Shown: positions 21,053 to 30,940, counted from the first letter of the stretch. The stretch is 64,000 nucleotides of DNA from Promethearchaeota archaeon (GCA_019058365.1 JAHPZE010000015.1:1-64000); one strand, 5' to 3'. Made by a program: numbers and translations. Notes: generated by a model from the sequence alone, not told the origin.

Positions 21053-21501
21053 TTATAAAGTTTTTTGCATCCTAATCTCAATATCCTCATTACCATGTTC
21101 TAATTGATCCACCTTTACATACCCTAATTTCTCATAGAATCCTACAGCAGAAATAGCAGAATATAAAAAAAGATTTTTAAGATTGTTATCTATTGCTACA
21201 TTTTCAAGTTGAATCATCAATTTCTTCCCAAATCCTTTTCTATGATATTTAGGATCAATAAATATATCACGAATTTGACCTTGTGATGAAATACTTCCAG
21301 TACCTATAATATTAACATATTTTTCTATAATAATTGTATGAATTTCTGGTCTTTCATAAAATTCTTTTTATAACTCTTTACTAAGTATTTTATAAATTTA
21401 GAAGAATAATTTCTACTGTTCACCTCCAACAAACAAGATTGAATTATTTCTATGCACCTTCTCCGATCAGTTTTTTGAATTTCTCTGATAATCTCACTCA
21501 T
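21053..21501 (-). pseudogene. GNAT acetyltransferase interrupted by a 1-nt frameshift
   Basis: First frame MSEIIREIQKTDRRRCIEII...VKSYKK; the -1 frame continues FYERPE...IFIDPKYHRKGFGKKLM...AVGFYEKLGY...MQKTL*; span 449 nt (3n-1); break at the A-run near 21365-21369. Confidence 0.85.
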
Positions 21502-21666
21502 AAAAATCTAACTAAAATATAATAAATAAACTTAGTTATTTGAATGCAAATTCTGTCTCTCTAATTGTTAAGAGTATTGAAAATCTGAAATTCCTTTTAT
21601 TTTACCAAATTAAATGTAGTATACGATTATAAAAATACATTTATTAGTAGAAAGTTGTGATTTACC

Positions 21667-22734
21667 ATGAAATTTACTGAATATTCAAAGAAATATATTC
21701 CTAAAATAAATAATGCAATTAAAATGGTTTATGACCGGAAATTTGATAGTGTACAAAATCCTTTTTTGAAAAACTATTACTCAGAATTAAAGAACTATTT
21801 CTTGTCAGGGGGAAAAAGAATCAGACCATTATTATGTATTGCTACATTCAATGCTTTTAATGAAAAACCAGATGATATAATTGTTCTACCTAGCATTGGA
21901 GTAGAATTTCTTCATAATGCTTCCTTAATTCATGATGATATCATTGATAATGATGATTTTAGGAGAGGAAAACCCGCATTTCATTTCAGGTTTCGGAATT
22001 ATCATCAAAAATACAATTTAAAAAAAATGAGTGATATCGATTTTGGCAATTCAATAGGGATTATCGGTGGTGATTCAGCATTTTTTTTAGGATTAGAAGC
22101 ATATCTTTTTAATAATTTTGATAAGGATCTTAATTTTAATGCCATTAATTACTATGAGCAAGCTTTTATAGAGATTGCTAATGGTGTTTTAATAGAAACC
22201 GATATGGTAAATCAGAGAAATCTGACAATTCCAGATTATATTAAAATGGTTTCACTTAAAACAGGTGCATTAATTGAAAAATCTATTCTAATAGGGGCAA
22301 ATTATGCTAAAGTAGATGAGAAGCTTATGAATAATCTTTCCATTTATGGTATCAATCTTGGTATTATTTTCCAGATAATTGATGATATCTTGGGGACTTT
22401 CGGGGATGAAAAAGTTACTGGAAAACCAACAGATTCAGATATTTTAGAGGGAAAAAAGACATGTTTACTGATTGAAGCATTAAATAAATTAGATCAAAAG
22501 GATAAAATTAGATTAGAAGAACTAATAGAGAATCCAAATATGAGAAATGAGGATGTTCAGGAAGTTAAAGACTTATTTCTTAAAGTAGATGTTGCTAATT
22601 CATGTAAAGATTTAGCAGTATCATACTTCAATGAAGCTAAACAATCTCTCGATAAGCTGTACAATGTGATTAATCAATCTGAAGCTGAATTCTTTGAAAA
22701 TTTATTAAATTTTGTACTTGAAAGAAAATTCTGA
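21667..22734 (+). CDS. Trans-polyprenyl (geranylgeranyl) diphosphate synthase
   Basis: GGKRIRP, HDDIIDNDDFRRG (FARM), KTG, FQIIDDILG (SARM), DILEGKKT. Confidence 0.92.
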   Translation: MKFTEYSKKYIPKINNAIKMVYDRKFDSVQNPFLKNYYSELKNYFLSGGKRIRPLLCIATFNAFNEKPDDIIVLPSIGVEFLHNASLIHDDIIDNDDFRRGKPAFHFRFRNYHQKYNLKKMSDIDFGNSIGIIGGDSAFFLGLEAYLFNNFDKDLNFNAINYYEQAFIEIANGVLIETDMVNQRNLTIPDYIKMVSLKTGALIEKSILIGANYAKVDEKLMNNLSIYGINLGIIFQIIDDILGTFGDEKVTGKPTDSDILEGKKTCLLIEALNKLDQKDKIRLEELIENPNMRNEDVQEVKDLFLKVDVANSCKDLAVSYFNEAKQSLDKLYNVINQSEAEFFENLLNFVLERKF

Positions 22735-22845
22735 AATGTGAAAATTATATTTCAATATAAAATAAGAAAAGACTAAAAATCATAAAAGAATTAATAAGTT
22801 CAATAATATTTTTTTTCTTTTAATTACACAATTGAGAAAATTTGA

Positions 22846-23403
22846 ATGTTAATCGCCATTACCGGAGCCACTGGAATTGATCTAGCCATCAAACTTCTAG
22901 AAACTCTGAGAGAAAAGAAAATCGAAACAGAATTAATAATTTCAAAAAATGCTGAAAAAGTAATTTCTTTAGAAACAGATTATAATATCTCTGATATTCA
23001 AAAATTAGTGAATCAAAATTATGATGCAAATAATTTATTAGCACCTCCAGCCAGTGGTTCTCATAAGGAGGATTCTATGATAGTTATTCCATGTTCAATG
23101 AAATATCTTTCAGCAATTGCAAATGGATATGCGAATAATTTGATAACTAGGGCTGCAGACGTAATGATAAAAGAAAAGAGAAAATTGATACTTGTTGTTA
23201 GGGAAACTCCCTTTAGTGTTATCCATCTTGAAAATATGCTTAAATTAGCAAAAATTAATGTTGTAATTTTTCCACCAATCCCATCATATTACATCAAACC
23301 AAAAACCGTAGAAGAACTCACTGAGTTTACAGTAGGTAGGATCTTAGACCATGTTGGAATTGAGAGTGGGATAAAAAGATGGGGAGAAAACTACAAAAAA
23401 TAA
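22846..23403 (+). CDS. ubiX: Flavin prenyltransferase
   Basis: AITGATG, PASGS, PCSMK, NLITRAADV, RETP. Confidence 0.93.
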   Translation: MLIAITGATGIDLAIKLLETLREKKIETELIISKNAEKVISLETDYNISDIQKLVNQNYDANNLLAPPASGSHKEDSMIVIPCSMKYLSAIANGYANNLITRAADVMIKEKRKLILVVRETPFSVIHLENMLKLAKINVVIFPPIPSYYIKPKTVEELTEFTVGRILDHVGIESGIKRWGENYKK

Positions 23404-23576
23404 ATATATTCACTTTTTATATGTTTTTGTTTAAAACAATTAAGCAAATTAAAATCTTAATGATAGTTTATGATAAATTTAAATATCAAGTGTATCTACA
23501 TAAGTAATTAATAAAACAGACTTCAAATTTAATTGAAGACACCATAATTTAAATCCAACAACCAAAGTGATATTTT

Positions 23577-23798
23577 ACGAAAGAAGGGAAAACCATTCCA
23601 GAGGAAATTGCATTAGAGATATGTGAAAAAATAAGGGAAGAAAATAAAAAAAAAAGGTTCAGTTTTGCAAAAAGCCAATGTTGGGGATGTATGAAATATT
23701 CACAAAAAAAGAATGATATTCGTTATAGATGTATCTTTGGCGATGAGAATAATCGAGGTTGCAATTTAGTTAATAAGATTTTTGATATGAGATATTAA
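23577..23798 (+). CDS. Small cysteine-rich protein (73 aa) with an ACG at the apparent start
   Basis: Open frame (T/M)KEGKTIPEEIALEICEKIREENKKKRFSFAKSQCWGCMKYSQKKNDIRYRCIFGDENNRGCNLVNKIFDMRY*; in-frame TGA at 23568 bounds it upstream; AGTGAT SD-like motif before ACG. Confidence 0.65.
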   Translation, partial: TKEGKTIPEEIALEICEKIREENKKKRFSFAKSQCWGCMKYSQKKNDIRYRCIFGDENNRGCNLVNKIFDMRY

Positions 23799-23812
23799 CA
23801 CTTACGATAAAC

Positions 23813-25705
23813 TTACTGATTTATCCATTGATATAATTCGCCCACTAAAACCCTTTTATCGTTATTACTCCTGAGTTTATTAATATTTTCCACATTCATT
23901 AGCCACAACGAGGATCTTAATTCTTGTTTCAGAGTACTTATTTCTTTGATTGTATTCGATTGAGTATTATTCTTATAATCTTGCCAAGCAGCTTTTAAAA
24001 ATTTAAATGCAAATCCTCCAATATCAGCACCTAAAACAATTGCTTTGGCGATATCTACACCTGTTCTCAATCCTCCTGTCCCTATTATTAGTTTTTTAGA
24101 TACTTTTCTAACATTCATTATACTAACTGGTGTTGGAATACCCCATTCACGAAAAGTATCTGCCATCTTTCGAGTATATGCTTCAAAACTGTCTACATCA
24201 CGTATTGATTCTATTGCAGCAAAACTTGTGCCACCTAAACCTCCGACATCAAATCCATCAAATCCTAGTAAATCAAGCTTTAAAGCGAGATCTGTATTAA
24301 AACCTGTTCCAACTTCTTTAGCTATGATAGGAATTTTCAGATTTTTTCTTATTTCTTTAAATCTTTCTTCAAAATTTTTATATGATATATTACCTTCACT
24401 TTGTACAAGCTCATGTAAGGCATTAAAGTGAATAGCCATTACGTCTGCATTAATCATCTCAATGCATTTCTTAAAATTATCTATATTAAAATTAATATCA
24501 CATAGCTGTCCTATTCCTAAATTTCCTATTACTGGAATATTAGGCGCTATATCGCGTACAATTTTAAATGAATCAACGGTAGAAGGATCCTCTAATCCTA
24601 TTCTTTGACTACCAACACTCATAATAATATTTTCTGAACTTGCAGCATTTGCTAAGATATTATTAATTGCTTTAGAAATTTCATGACCTCCTGTAATTGC
24701 TGAAATACATATAGGAGCTGATATTTTTTTTTTAAAGAAATCAACATACAGATTAATTTCCTCTAACTCATATTCTGGTAGTGGATGATGAATTAGATTA
24801 ACCTCATCAAAATAGTTCTTTACATGTTGCACATTATGCTCTAAAGGTATTTTTATGTGTTCTATCTTCCTATTATATATTTTGTTCCCAATCTTTCTTT
24901 CAAAAGTTGATTCAATACTAGTACATTCTAAATTTTCATTGTTTAAAGCTTTAAGAATATTTTTATTTTTGATTCCATTAATTATTTGGACAGGTATCCC
25001 AAGTTTTATAATCTCTTTGATAGTTTCTAGTTTACCTCTTATACCTCCAGTAACATCAATTTTTTGATCTAACTCTGCTAATTTTAAATCTACCAAATCG
25101 TTAGATCTTAATTTTAATGCCAGCTTTTCGTTTCCATTGTCTTTGATATATATGCCATCTTCTTCAATTGCGAATATTACTTTCGAGATTTTATATTTTT
25201 GAATCTTCTCACATAATTTTAAAATAATTTGATCTCCAGAAAGAATTGTAAATGAAGAATCCCAACTCAGAAGAATGTCACCATATAGGACGGGTATTAT
25301 TCCGAGATCAAGCATTTTTTCAATAGGATCTATAGATTTAAAAATAATTTCATTAAAATCTTGTATGAAAATACTTGATGGTTGAACGGAAATTGCTGAA
25401 CGCCCATTATCAAGCATTTTATTGATGATAATAGAATCAAATTTAATCATTGCTTCATGTGTTTTGGAAAGCCCCATAATTTGGTCCTTAATAGAATCAT
25501 TTAATCCTTGAGAAATTTGATATTTTTTAGCAATCGGATGCCCAAATGATCCACCTCCATGAATTAAAATGATTGCTTTTTTACTTTCAATAATCTGATT
25601 GAGACAACTTTCTAAAATATCTTCCCTAAGAGAAAAAGGCTTGTTTTTATCAGTTAATAAACTTCCACCTAACTTTAACAGAATAATTTCATTTTTACTT
25701 TTCAT
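23813..25705 (-). CDS. fni: Fusion of isopentenyl phosphate kinase (N-terminal) and type 2 IPP isomerase (C-terminal)
   Basis: LKLGGSLLTDK, HGGGSFGH, LSGD, DVTGG (IPK); RKIEH, AITGG, VGSQR, NALHELVQSEG, KEVGTG, GGTSF, WGIPT (IDI-2); ATG 25705 preferred over TTG 25723. Confidence 0.92.
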   Translation of the reverse strand: MKSKNEIILLKLGGSLLTDKNKPFSLREDILESCLNQIIESKKAIILIHGGGSFGHPIAKKYQISQGLNDSIKDQIMGLSKTHEAMIKFDSIIINKMLDNGRSAISVQPSSIFIQDFNEIIFKSIDPIEKMLDLGIIPVLYGDILLSWDSSFTILSGDQIILKLCEKIQKYKISKVIFAIEEDGIYIKDNGNEKLALKLRSNDLVDLKLAELDQKIDVTGGIRGKLETIKEIIKLGIPVQIINGIKNKNILKALNNENLECTSIESTFERKIGNKIYNRKIEHIKIPLEHNVQHVKNYFDEVNLIHHPLPEYELEEINLYVDFFKKKISAPICISAITGGHEISKAINNILANAASSENIIMSVGSQRIGLEDPSTVDSFKIVRDIAPNIPVIGNLGIGQLCDINFNIDNFKKCIEMINADVMAIHFNALHELVQSEGNISYKNFEERFKEIRKNLKIPIIAKEVGTGFNTDLALKLDLLGFDGFDVGGLGGTSFAAIESIRDVDSFEAYTRKMADTFREWGIPTPVSIMNVRKVSKKLIIGTGGLRTGVDIAKAIVLGADIGGFAFKFLKAAWQDYKNNTQSNTIKEISTLKQELRSSLWLMNVENINKLRSNNDKRVLVGELYQWINQ

Positions 25706-25715
25706 TAATTTGCAC

Positions 25716-26682
25716 TCATCCAATCATTGTTCTCCAGGCGTCATATCCTTCTTTTTCAATAGCCTTAGCAATCTTTTCTTGTGCTTCTTCATTTTCAGCT
25801 AAAGAAATAACTAAGCCACCCCGCCCTGTTCCAGTAACTTTAGCCCCTAATGCTCCATTTTTTAGAGCAATATCAACCAATTTATCGTTTATTTCTCCAG
25901 AAACTGTGATCTCTTGAAGTAATTTGTGGTTTTGATTCATTAGTGCACCAATTGCAATACAATTTCCTTTAAGTAAAGCTTGTTTTGCCTTATCTGCTAA
26001 CATTTCATATTCTCTAAAAATTTCTTCAAATTCTTTAGGATTTTCCTGCTTTAAACGTCGAACATCAGCAACTACTTCTGTTGTTGATGCCGTTATTCCT
26101 GAATTTGCTATAACTAAAGGAATTTTTATTGGCGATTTTAGAAGACCCATTGTATTATTGCCCCCATTCAGATTTTTAACAAACCAAATCAAACCCCCGT
26201 AAGTAGAAGCGGTATTATCGATGCCCGAAGGAGTTCCATGGTAAGCCTTTTCTCCTTCATAAGCGGCTTCGTTTATCTTTTCATCATCCAAATTAAGATT
26301 AAATCTATCATTAAGGGCACGAGCTAAAGATGTACATTGAGCAGCAGAAGCACCAACTCCACTTGCAGCAATTAAATTACCAGCAAAAGTTATTTCAAGC
26401 TTTTGATTATCAGTATCTATCTTTAAATGATTAATTACATTGGTAACTGATTTCATTGCCTCATTATACTTCGTTTTTTTGTACCCTGGCGTTGCGGGTC
26501 TCTGATCGTCAACAGACCATCCAGAACCTTCTACAACTTTAACATCTGCTGTGGTAAAAGATCCTAACGCCGATGCTATTGCGGGAAGACCATAAACAAC
26601 AAAATGATAGCGTTTATTCCTTAAATGGGAATCAAATTTCGCCAAATAATATGGTCTTTCCGTATCCTTTTCCATTTCCCAT
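25716..26682 (-). CDS. mvk: Mevalonate kinase, two exons (26682-26638 and 26606-25716; 311 aa spliced)
   Basis: Spliced N-terminus MGNGKGYGKTILFGE|HFVVYGLPAIA restores the GKxILFGEH motif; ASGVGASAA GHMP loop, HGTPSGIDN, GAKVTGTGRGG; ATG 26682 directly abuts the upstream stop. Confidence 0.92.
26607..26637 (-). other. 31-nt bulge-helix-bulge-type intron in mvk mRNA
   Basis: Minus strand GGCG AA|A UUU G AUUCC cauuuaa GGAAU AAA CGCU AU|C: 4-bp central helix GGCG/CGCU and two 3-nt bulges cut after nt 2 give exactly GGC GAA CAU. Confidence 0.85.
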
Positions 26683-27072
26683 TTACTTCACTTCCACAGT
26701 TCCCTCTGAACCATTAACAATGAGTTTTTGTCCTGTTTTTATGCTATTAATATCAATTTTGTCTACACAGGGAATTTCACTAATTATACAACCTACTGCT
26801 ATGATAGTATCAATTTGTTTATTAACGATAGCAACTGGAGCTGTATTGTTTTTTTTCATTCTATACATAGTATAAGATCCTACTGTAGACCCTTTACCGG
26901 TTGGAAAAACTAAAACTTTTCCCGTTATTGATTGGTCGAAAAGTTCGTGCCCAACCTCAACTACTTTCCCTGTATCAGGATCAACACCACCATAAAATGA
27001 GATTCCATCTTTTGTTACAATTGCTTCTGCCTCAGCAGTACCTTTATAGATCTTTCTTCCTTTAAGGATCAT
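26683..27072 (-). CDS. Phosphomevalonate dehydratase small subunit (aconitase X swivel, DUF126)
   Basis: ISFYGGVDPDTG, GKVLVFPTGKGSTVGS; ATG 27072 overlaps the upstream TGA (ATGA). Confidence 0.9.
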   Translation of the reverse strand: MILKGRKIYKGTAEAEAIVTKDGISFYGGVDPDTGKVVEVGHELFDQSITGKVLVFPTGKGSTVGSYTMYRMKKNNTAPVAIVNKQIDTIIAVGCIISEIPCVDKIDINSIKTGQKLIVNGSEGTVEVK

Positions 27073-28262
27073 TTTATAGCCTCCTCGATGCATTCTTCAA
27101 TTGATCCAATTTTTACTTTAAATTTATTCTTTGCACGACCATAATAGCATGCTTTTGCTGAATCTACCATAATTCCTTTAAAACGTCCTTTAATTGGAGC
27201 TACAACACAACAAGTATCTGCTGCGAATTTTGCTCCAGCATCTTCAATTATTTTAGAATACCCAGTTTCATCGGCAATTTTTTTTGTTGGTCGAGCAGTC
27301 GTAATCCAGAATTCTTTCTTTACTTTTTTTCCATTTAATAATTTCGCAATTTCAGCGATTTCGTGAATTGAAGCGTGAGGACACCCTATACTAATGAAAT
27401 CGATTTCAATATCATCATCAATAAGTTCCATTCGCGTTTTATCTAGATCACTTTGATTAATTTCAAAAATAATATCATCTGGTTTAGGATAGTAATTATA
27501 TTCTGGAGTTATTCCTTCCATATGGAATAGTGCTGTTCCACCGTAGGTCGCAATAGATGCACAAAATGATTTGAGCTCTTCAACCGTAGCAGATGGAATT
27601 CCTGTAATATATGGGATTTTTTTTCCTAATTTAACTAATTTGTCCCCAATTATTTTTCCTAACACACCAAATTCGTCGGTACCTTTAATTGGAGTAGTAA
27701 CCTTAACTAATACTTCCCCCAGACGATTTTCATCTAAATGATATCCATATTTTGGCGTTTTTCCTGTAATAGCTGACGCTAAAGCACTTGGACCTCCTTC
27801 ACGATTAGTTCGAGCACCAATTACAGAATTAGCATAACAAACTGCACTACTTTCTGCCCAAGCAAGGTGTTGTCCAAAATGTGGAGTGTTCCCAATAAAA
27901 TATGGTGTACACGAACATGTTGTAATTACACCCATTTTAGCGAAAGCGTCAATTACTCGATTTTGATTTATTGCAAACTCCTTATTTATTCCCAATAATT
28001 GCCAATTTTCTCGATCCATTCCAGCGGGATTTAAGGTTGTTAAAACTCTAATCTTTCCATCTTCTGCCATTTCGTTTAAGAATTCTAAACCCGCTTCACC
28101 AAGATTATCATATGAAACCCCGGCTATTTGAACTCCATAAACATCAACCATGCATTCAGCTTCAAATATTTCACCTAATGTGGTTAATATTTCCATTGAC
28201 TTTCGAGCAGCCTTTCCATAGACTCCATCTAGCATGTCTTGTTCTTCTGATGTTAATTTCAT
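27069..28262 (-). CDS. Phosphomevalonate dehydratase large subunit (aconitase X, DUF521)
   Basis: TTLNPAG, CSCTPY, WAESSA, GARTNREG, GCPH, DTCCVV; mevalonate operon context. Confidence 0.9.
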   Translation of the reverse strand: MKLTSEEQDMLDGVYGKAARKSMEILTTLGEIFEAECMVDVYGVQIAGVSYDNLGEAGLEFLNEMAEDGKIRVLTTLNPAGMDRENWQLLGINKEFAINQNRVIDAFAKMGVITTCSCTPYFIGNTPHFGQHLAWAESSAVCYANSVIGARTNREGGPSALASAITGKTPKYGYHLDENRLGEVLVKVTTPIKGTDEFGVLGKIIGDKLVKLGKKIPYITGIPSATVEELKSFCASIATYGGTALFHMEGITPEYNYYPKPDDIIFEINQSDLDKTRMELIDDDIEIDFISIGCPHASIHEIAEIAKLLNGKKVKKEFWITTARPTKKIADETGYSKIIEDAGAKFAADTCCVVAPIKGRFKGIMVDSAKACYYGRAKNKFKVKIGSIEECIEEAIK

Positions 28263-28277
28263 TATTCTCTCCTTATC

Positions 28278-29588
28278 TTAAAAATATTTTTTAATATCCA
28301 CTTTTGGAAATTCTGCAATTTCAAAATTCTTTCCTTTGATGATAAGTGGTTTAGTTAAATCAAAGCCAATTTTTGTCGTCATTTTTGTTCCAGGCTCAGC
28401 ACTCGGATCTAAACTACTTCCTGGCTCTTTATCTTTGACAATCATTCTTGTATCTCCTTGAAAACGAGTTGCCATCGCCCACTCTACAGATAAGGGATCA
28501 TAAATATTAATATCTTTATCAACAATAAAAGCATGTTTACAGCTTGTGTGACCTGCGAAGGTTCCTTCTATTGCCCTTCTTCCGTCCTCTTCTGATTTTT
28601 TATCAATTTGGACTATTGCGTGCAACCAAGAAGACCCACCAGGACTAATATTTACATCTAAACACTTAACTCCTGCTTCATTCACTTTATTGAAAATAGT
28701 GGGTTCTCTAGGCATACCCATCAATATTTTATGTTCTAACGCTCCTGGTAATAAAGCTTGCCAAATCGCATCTTTTCTATGAGTAATTCTTTTAACTTCA
28801 AAAATAGGTTCCTCTCTAATCACATCATACGTCTCAGTCAGATCGACAAAAGGACCTTCGGCGTGTCTTTCTTCAAAATACACACGTCCCTCTAATACAA
28901 ATTCTGCTTCTGCGGGTATGATAAGATCTACTGAGTTTGCTTTTACGACTTTAATTGGTTCGAGTGCATTAGCAATTTGTAATTCATCAACACCAATATC
29001 AACAGATGTAGCTCCAGCAATTAGTATATTGGGAGTATTTCCAATACAAAAAGCTGCTTCTACTTCGCCATTTTTCTCTAAAAATTTATAGAAATGACGT
29101 CCTTTAACTATTCGGGTTGCAAATTTGTCTTTAGAATACTGCATTGCTCGATGAAAATCTAAGTTTTGACCATAATCGGGATCTCTGGTGACTACAACAG
29201 CAGAACTGATATAATTTCCACCATCCTTGTCACAATGGTATAAAATTGGAATTTTATCTAAATCAATGTTTGTTTCAATAACTTCTTGACAAGGAGCATT
29301 TGTAATAATTTCTGGTTCTGAACGCTTTTCTATTGCTTTTGAGAGCATTGGTATAAGATTTGCGGGTGTTACCCCGAAATATGAAGCAATTATATCTTTT
29401 GTACAAAATAAATTCCCAATTACACGAAATTTTGATTCTCTTATCTTATTAAACATAACTGGAGTGGGTTCAATCTCTTTTAATAGTCCAGAGATCTCTA
29501 ATTTCTTTGATACCTCGATGTTGACTTTTCGAAGAAGTCCTTTCTCATCAATTTGATTTATATATTCTCTAAATCCCATAAATTTCAT
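28278..29588 (-). CDS. UbiD-family decarboxylase, probably trans-anhydromevalonate phosphate decarboxylase
   Basis: DGGNYISS, EFVLEG, EGPFVD, VDKDINI, SSLDPS; adjacent to the AcnX pair, with ubiX nearby. Confidence 0.88.
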   Translation of the reverse strand: MKFMGFREYINQIDEKGLLRKVNIEVSKKLEISGLLKEIEPTPVMFNKIRESKFRVIGNLFCTKDIIASYFGVTPANLIPMLSKAIEKRSEPEIITNAPCQEVIETNIDLDKIPILYHCDKDGGNYISSAVVVTRDPDYGQNLDFHRAMQYSKDKFATRIVKGRHFYKFLEKNGEVEAAFCIGNTPNILIAGATSVDIGVDELQIANALEPIKVVKANSVDLIIPAEAEFVLEGRVYFEERHAEGPFVDLTETYDVIREEPIFEVKRITHRKDAIWQALLPGALEHKILMGMPREPTIFNKVNEAGVKCLDVNISPGGSSWLHAIVQIDKKSEEDGRRAIEGTFAGHTSCKHAFIVDKDINIYDPLSVEWAMATRFQGDTRMIVKDKEPGSSLDPSAEPGTKMTTKIGFDLTKPLIIKGKNFEIAEFPKVDIKKYF

Positions 29589-29659
29589 TCATCTCAATAA
29601 ATTTCTTGGAATAATCTACCTTACTAATATTTTGAGTTACAGAAACAAATTTTATAAAA

Positions 29660-30940
29660 CTAAAGGTTTTTATTTTTATCGATTCTTTTTAAAATTTCTT
29701 TTGCATAATCAACTCTAATTTTCTTATCCTCAACTAATTTGTTTGCTACCTTTTCTATTAATTTTTCAGGTACTCCAGCAAGTCTTGCAATATTTCTTGA
29801 ATGTAGCGTCATATGACCTTTTTGAATCCCTTCTGAAGCTAAAGCCCTTAGAGCAGCAACGTTTTGAGCTAAACCGAGAGCTGCAGCTACTTGAGAAAGT
29901 TCATTGGCACTTTTAACATTCAAAATTTTTAAAGCTAATCTGGTCATCGGATGTATCTTAGTCATACCTCCAATAATACCAAGAGCAAGCGGTAATTCTA
30001 TTTCTCCTACTAGATTTCCATCTGAATCAACCTGAAATTTAGTCAATGGAGAATATTGCCCCTTCAATGAAGCATATGCATGAGCTCCAGATTCAATAGC
30101 GCGCGTATCATTTCCTGTAGCTAATGTTAAAGCTACAATTCCGTTCATTATGCCTTTATTATGAGTAGTAGCTCTATAAGGATCTGCAAGCGCAAACTCA
30201 TAGGCATTTAAGATACCTTCTACAACTTCTACTCCACCTAATAACTCCTTATCAAAAGTCGCCTTACTTTTTGCTAGTCGATGAGTTGCCAAATTGGATA
30301 CAATTCTAAGATAAACTTTACCACCACATATTTCTTCTATAAATGGACTGATAATTTCAGCCATAGTATTTACCACATTCGCTCCCATTGCATCTAAAAC
30401 ATCAACTAATAAATGAAGAATCAACATTTCTCCTTTTCTTGTCATTAACTCTCGAATTTCAAGTTCAAAAGCACCGCCACCCAACTCATTCAATAAAGGA
30501 TCTTGTTCATTAGCAATTTTTAAGAGATGATCTTTATTATTCAATATTTCTTCTTTTGCAATTTTAATATCAGGTAAATCAGTTATCTGTATCTGTGAAA
30601 TCATTACCGATCTTACTTCTTCTGAATGAAAACCTCCACATCTTCTCGCAAATTTAGCTGCATTTGAAGCTGCTGCTATAACTGATGGTTCTTCAATAAC
30701 CATAGGTATTATATAATCCCTATTATTGATTTTAAAATTGAAAGCTAAGCCAAATGGTAATTGGTAGCTCCCAATAACATTTTCTACTAAAGTATCAATT
30801 TGGTTAGGTTTGAAATATCCAAAATTTTGTAAAATCTTCATTTCTTCTTCATTCAGGTTAGCTATCTTAGAAATTTTTCTTTGACGTTCCTCTAATGATA
30901 ACTTATAAAATCCGGAGATATCAGAATGGAATTCTTTCAT
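29660..30940 (-). CDS. HMG-CoA reductase, class II
   Basis: ENVIG, EEPSVIAA, DAMGAN, HNKGIMNG, GNDTRA, EGIQKGHM. Confidence 0.93.
   Translation of the reverse strand: MKEFHSDISGFYKLSLEERQRKISKIANLNEEEMKILQNFGYFKPNQIDTLVENVIGSYQLPFGLAFNFKINNRDYIIPMVIEEPSVIAAASNAAKFARRCGGFHSEEVRSVMISQIQITDLPDIKIAKEEILNNKDHLLKIANEQDPLLNELGGGAFELEIRELMTRKGEMLILHLLVDVLDAMGANVVNTMAEIISPFIEEICGGKVYLRIVSNLATHRLAKSKATFDKELLGGVEVVEGILNAYEFALADPYRATTHNKGIMNGIVALTLATGNDTRAIESGAHAYASLKGQYSPLTKFQVDSDGNLVGEIELPLALGIIGGMTKIHPMTRLALKILNVKSANELSQVAAALGLAQNVAALRALASEGIQKGHMTLHSRNIARLAGVPEKLIEKVANKLVEDKKIRVDYAKEILKRIDKNKNL

Noticed and set aside
26632-26634. In-frame UGA in mvk as selenocysteine
   Set aside because: Readthrough would not restore the frame (31-nt insert, further TAA) and no SECIS was seen; splicing explains it
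26607-26675. ORF-track N-terminus of mevalonate kinase (MEKDTERPYY...) as the true start
   Set aside because: Lacks GKxILFGE, which is encoded in another frame from ATG 26682 and joined by removing the 31-nt insert
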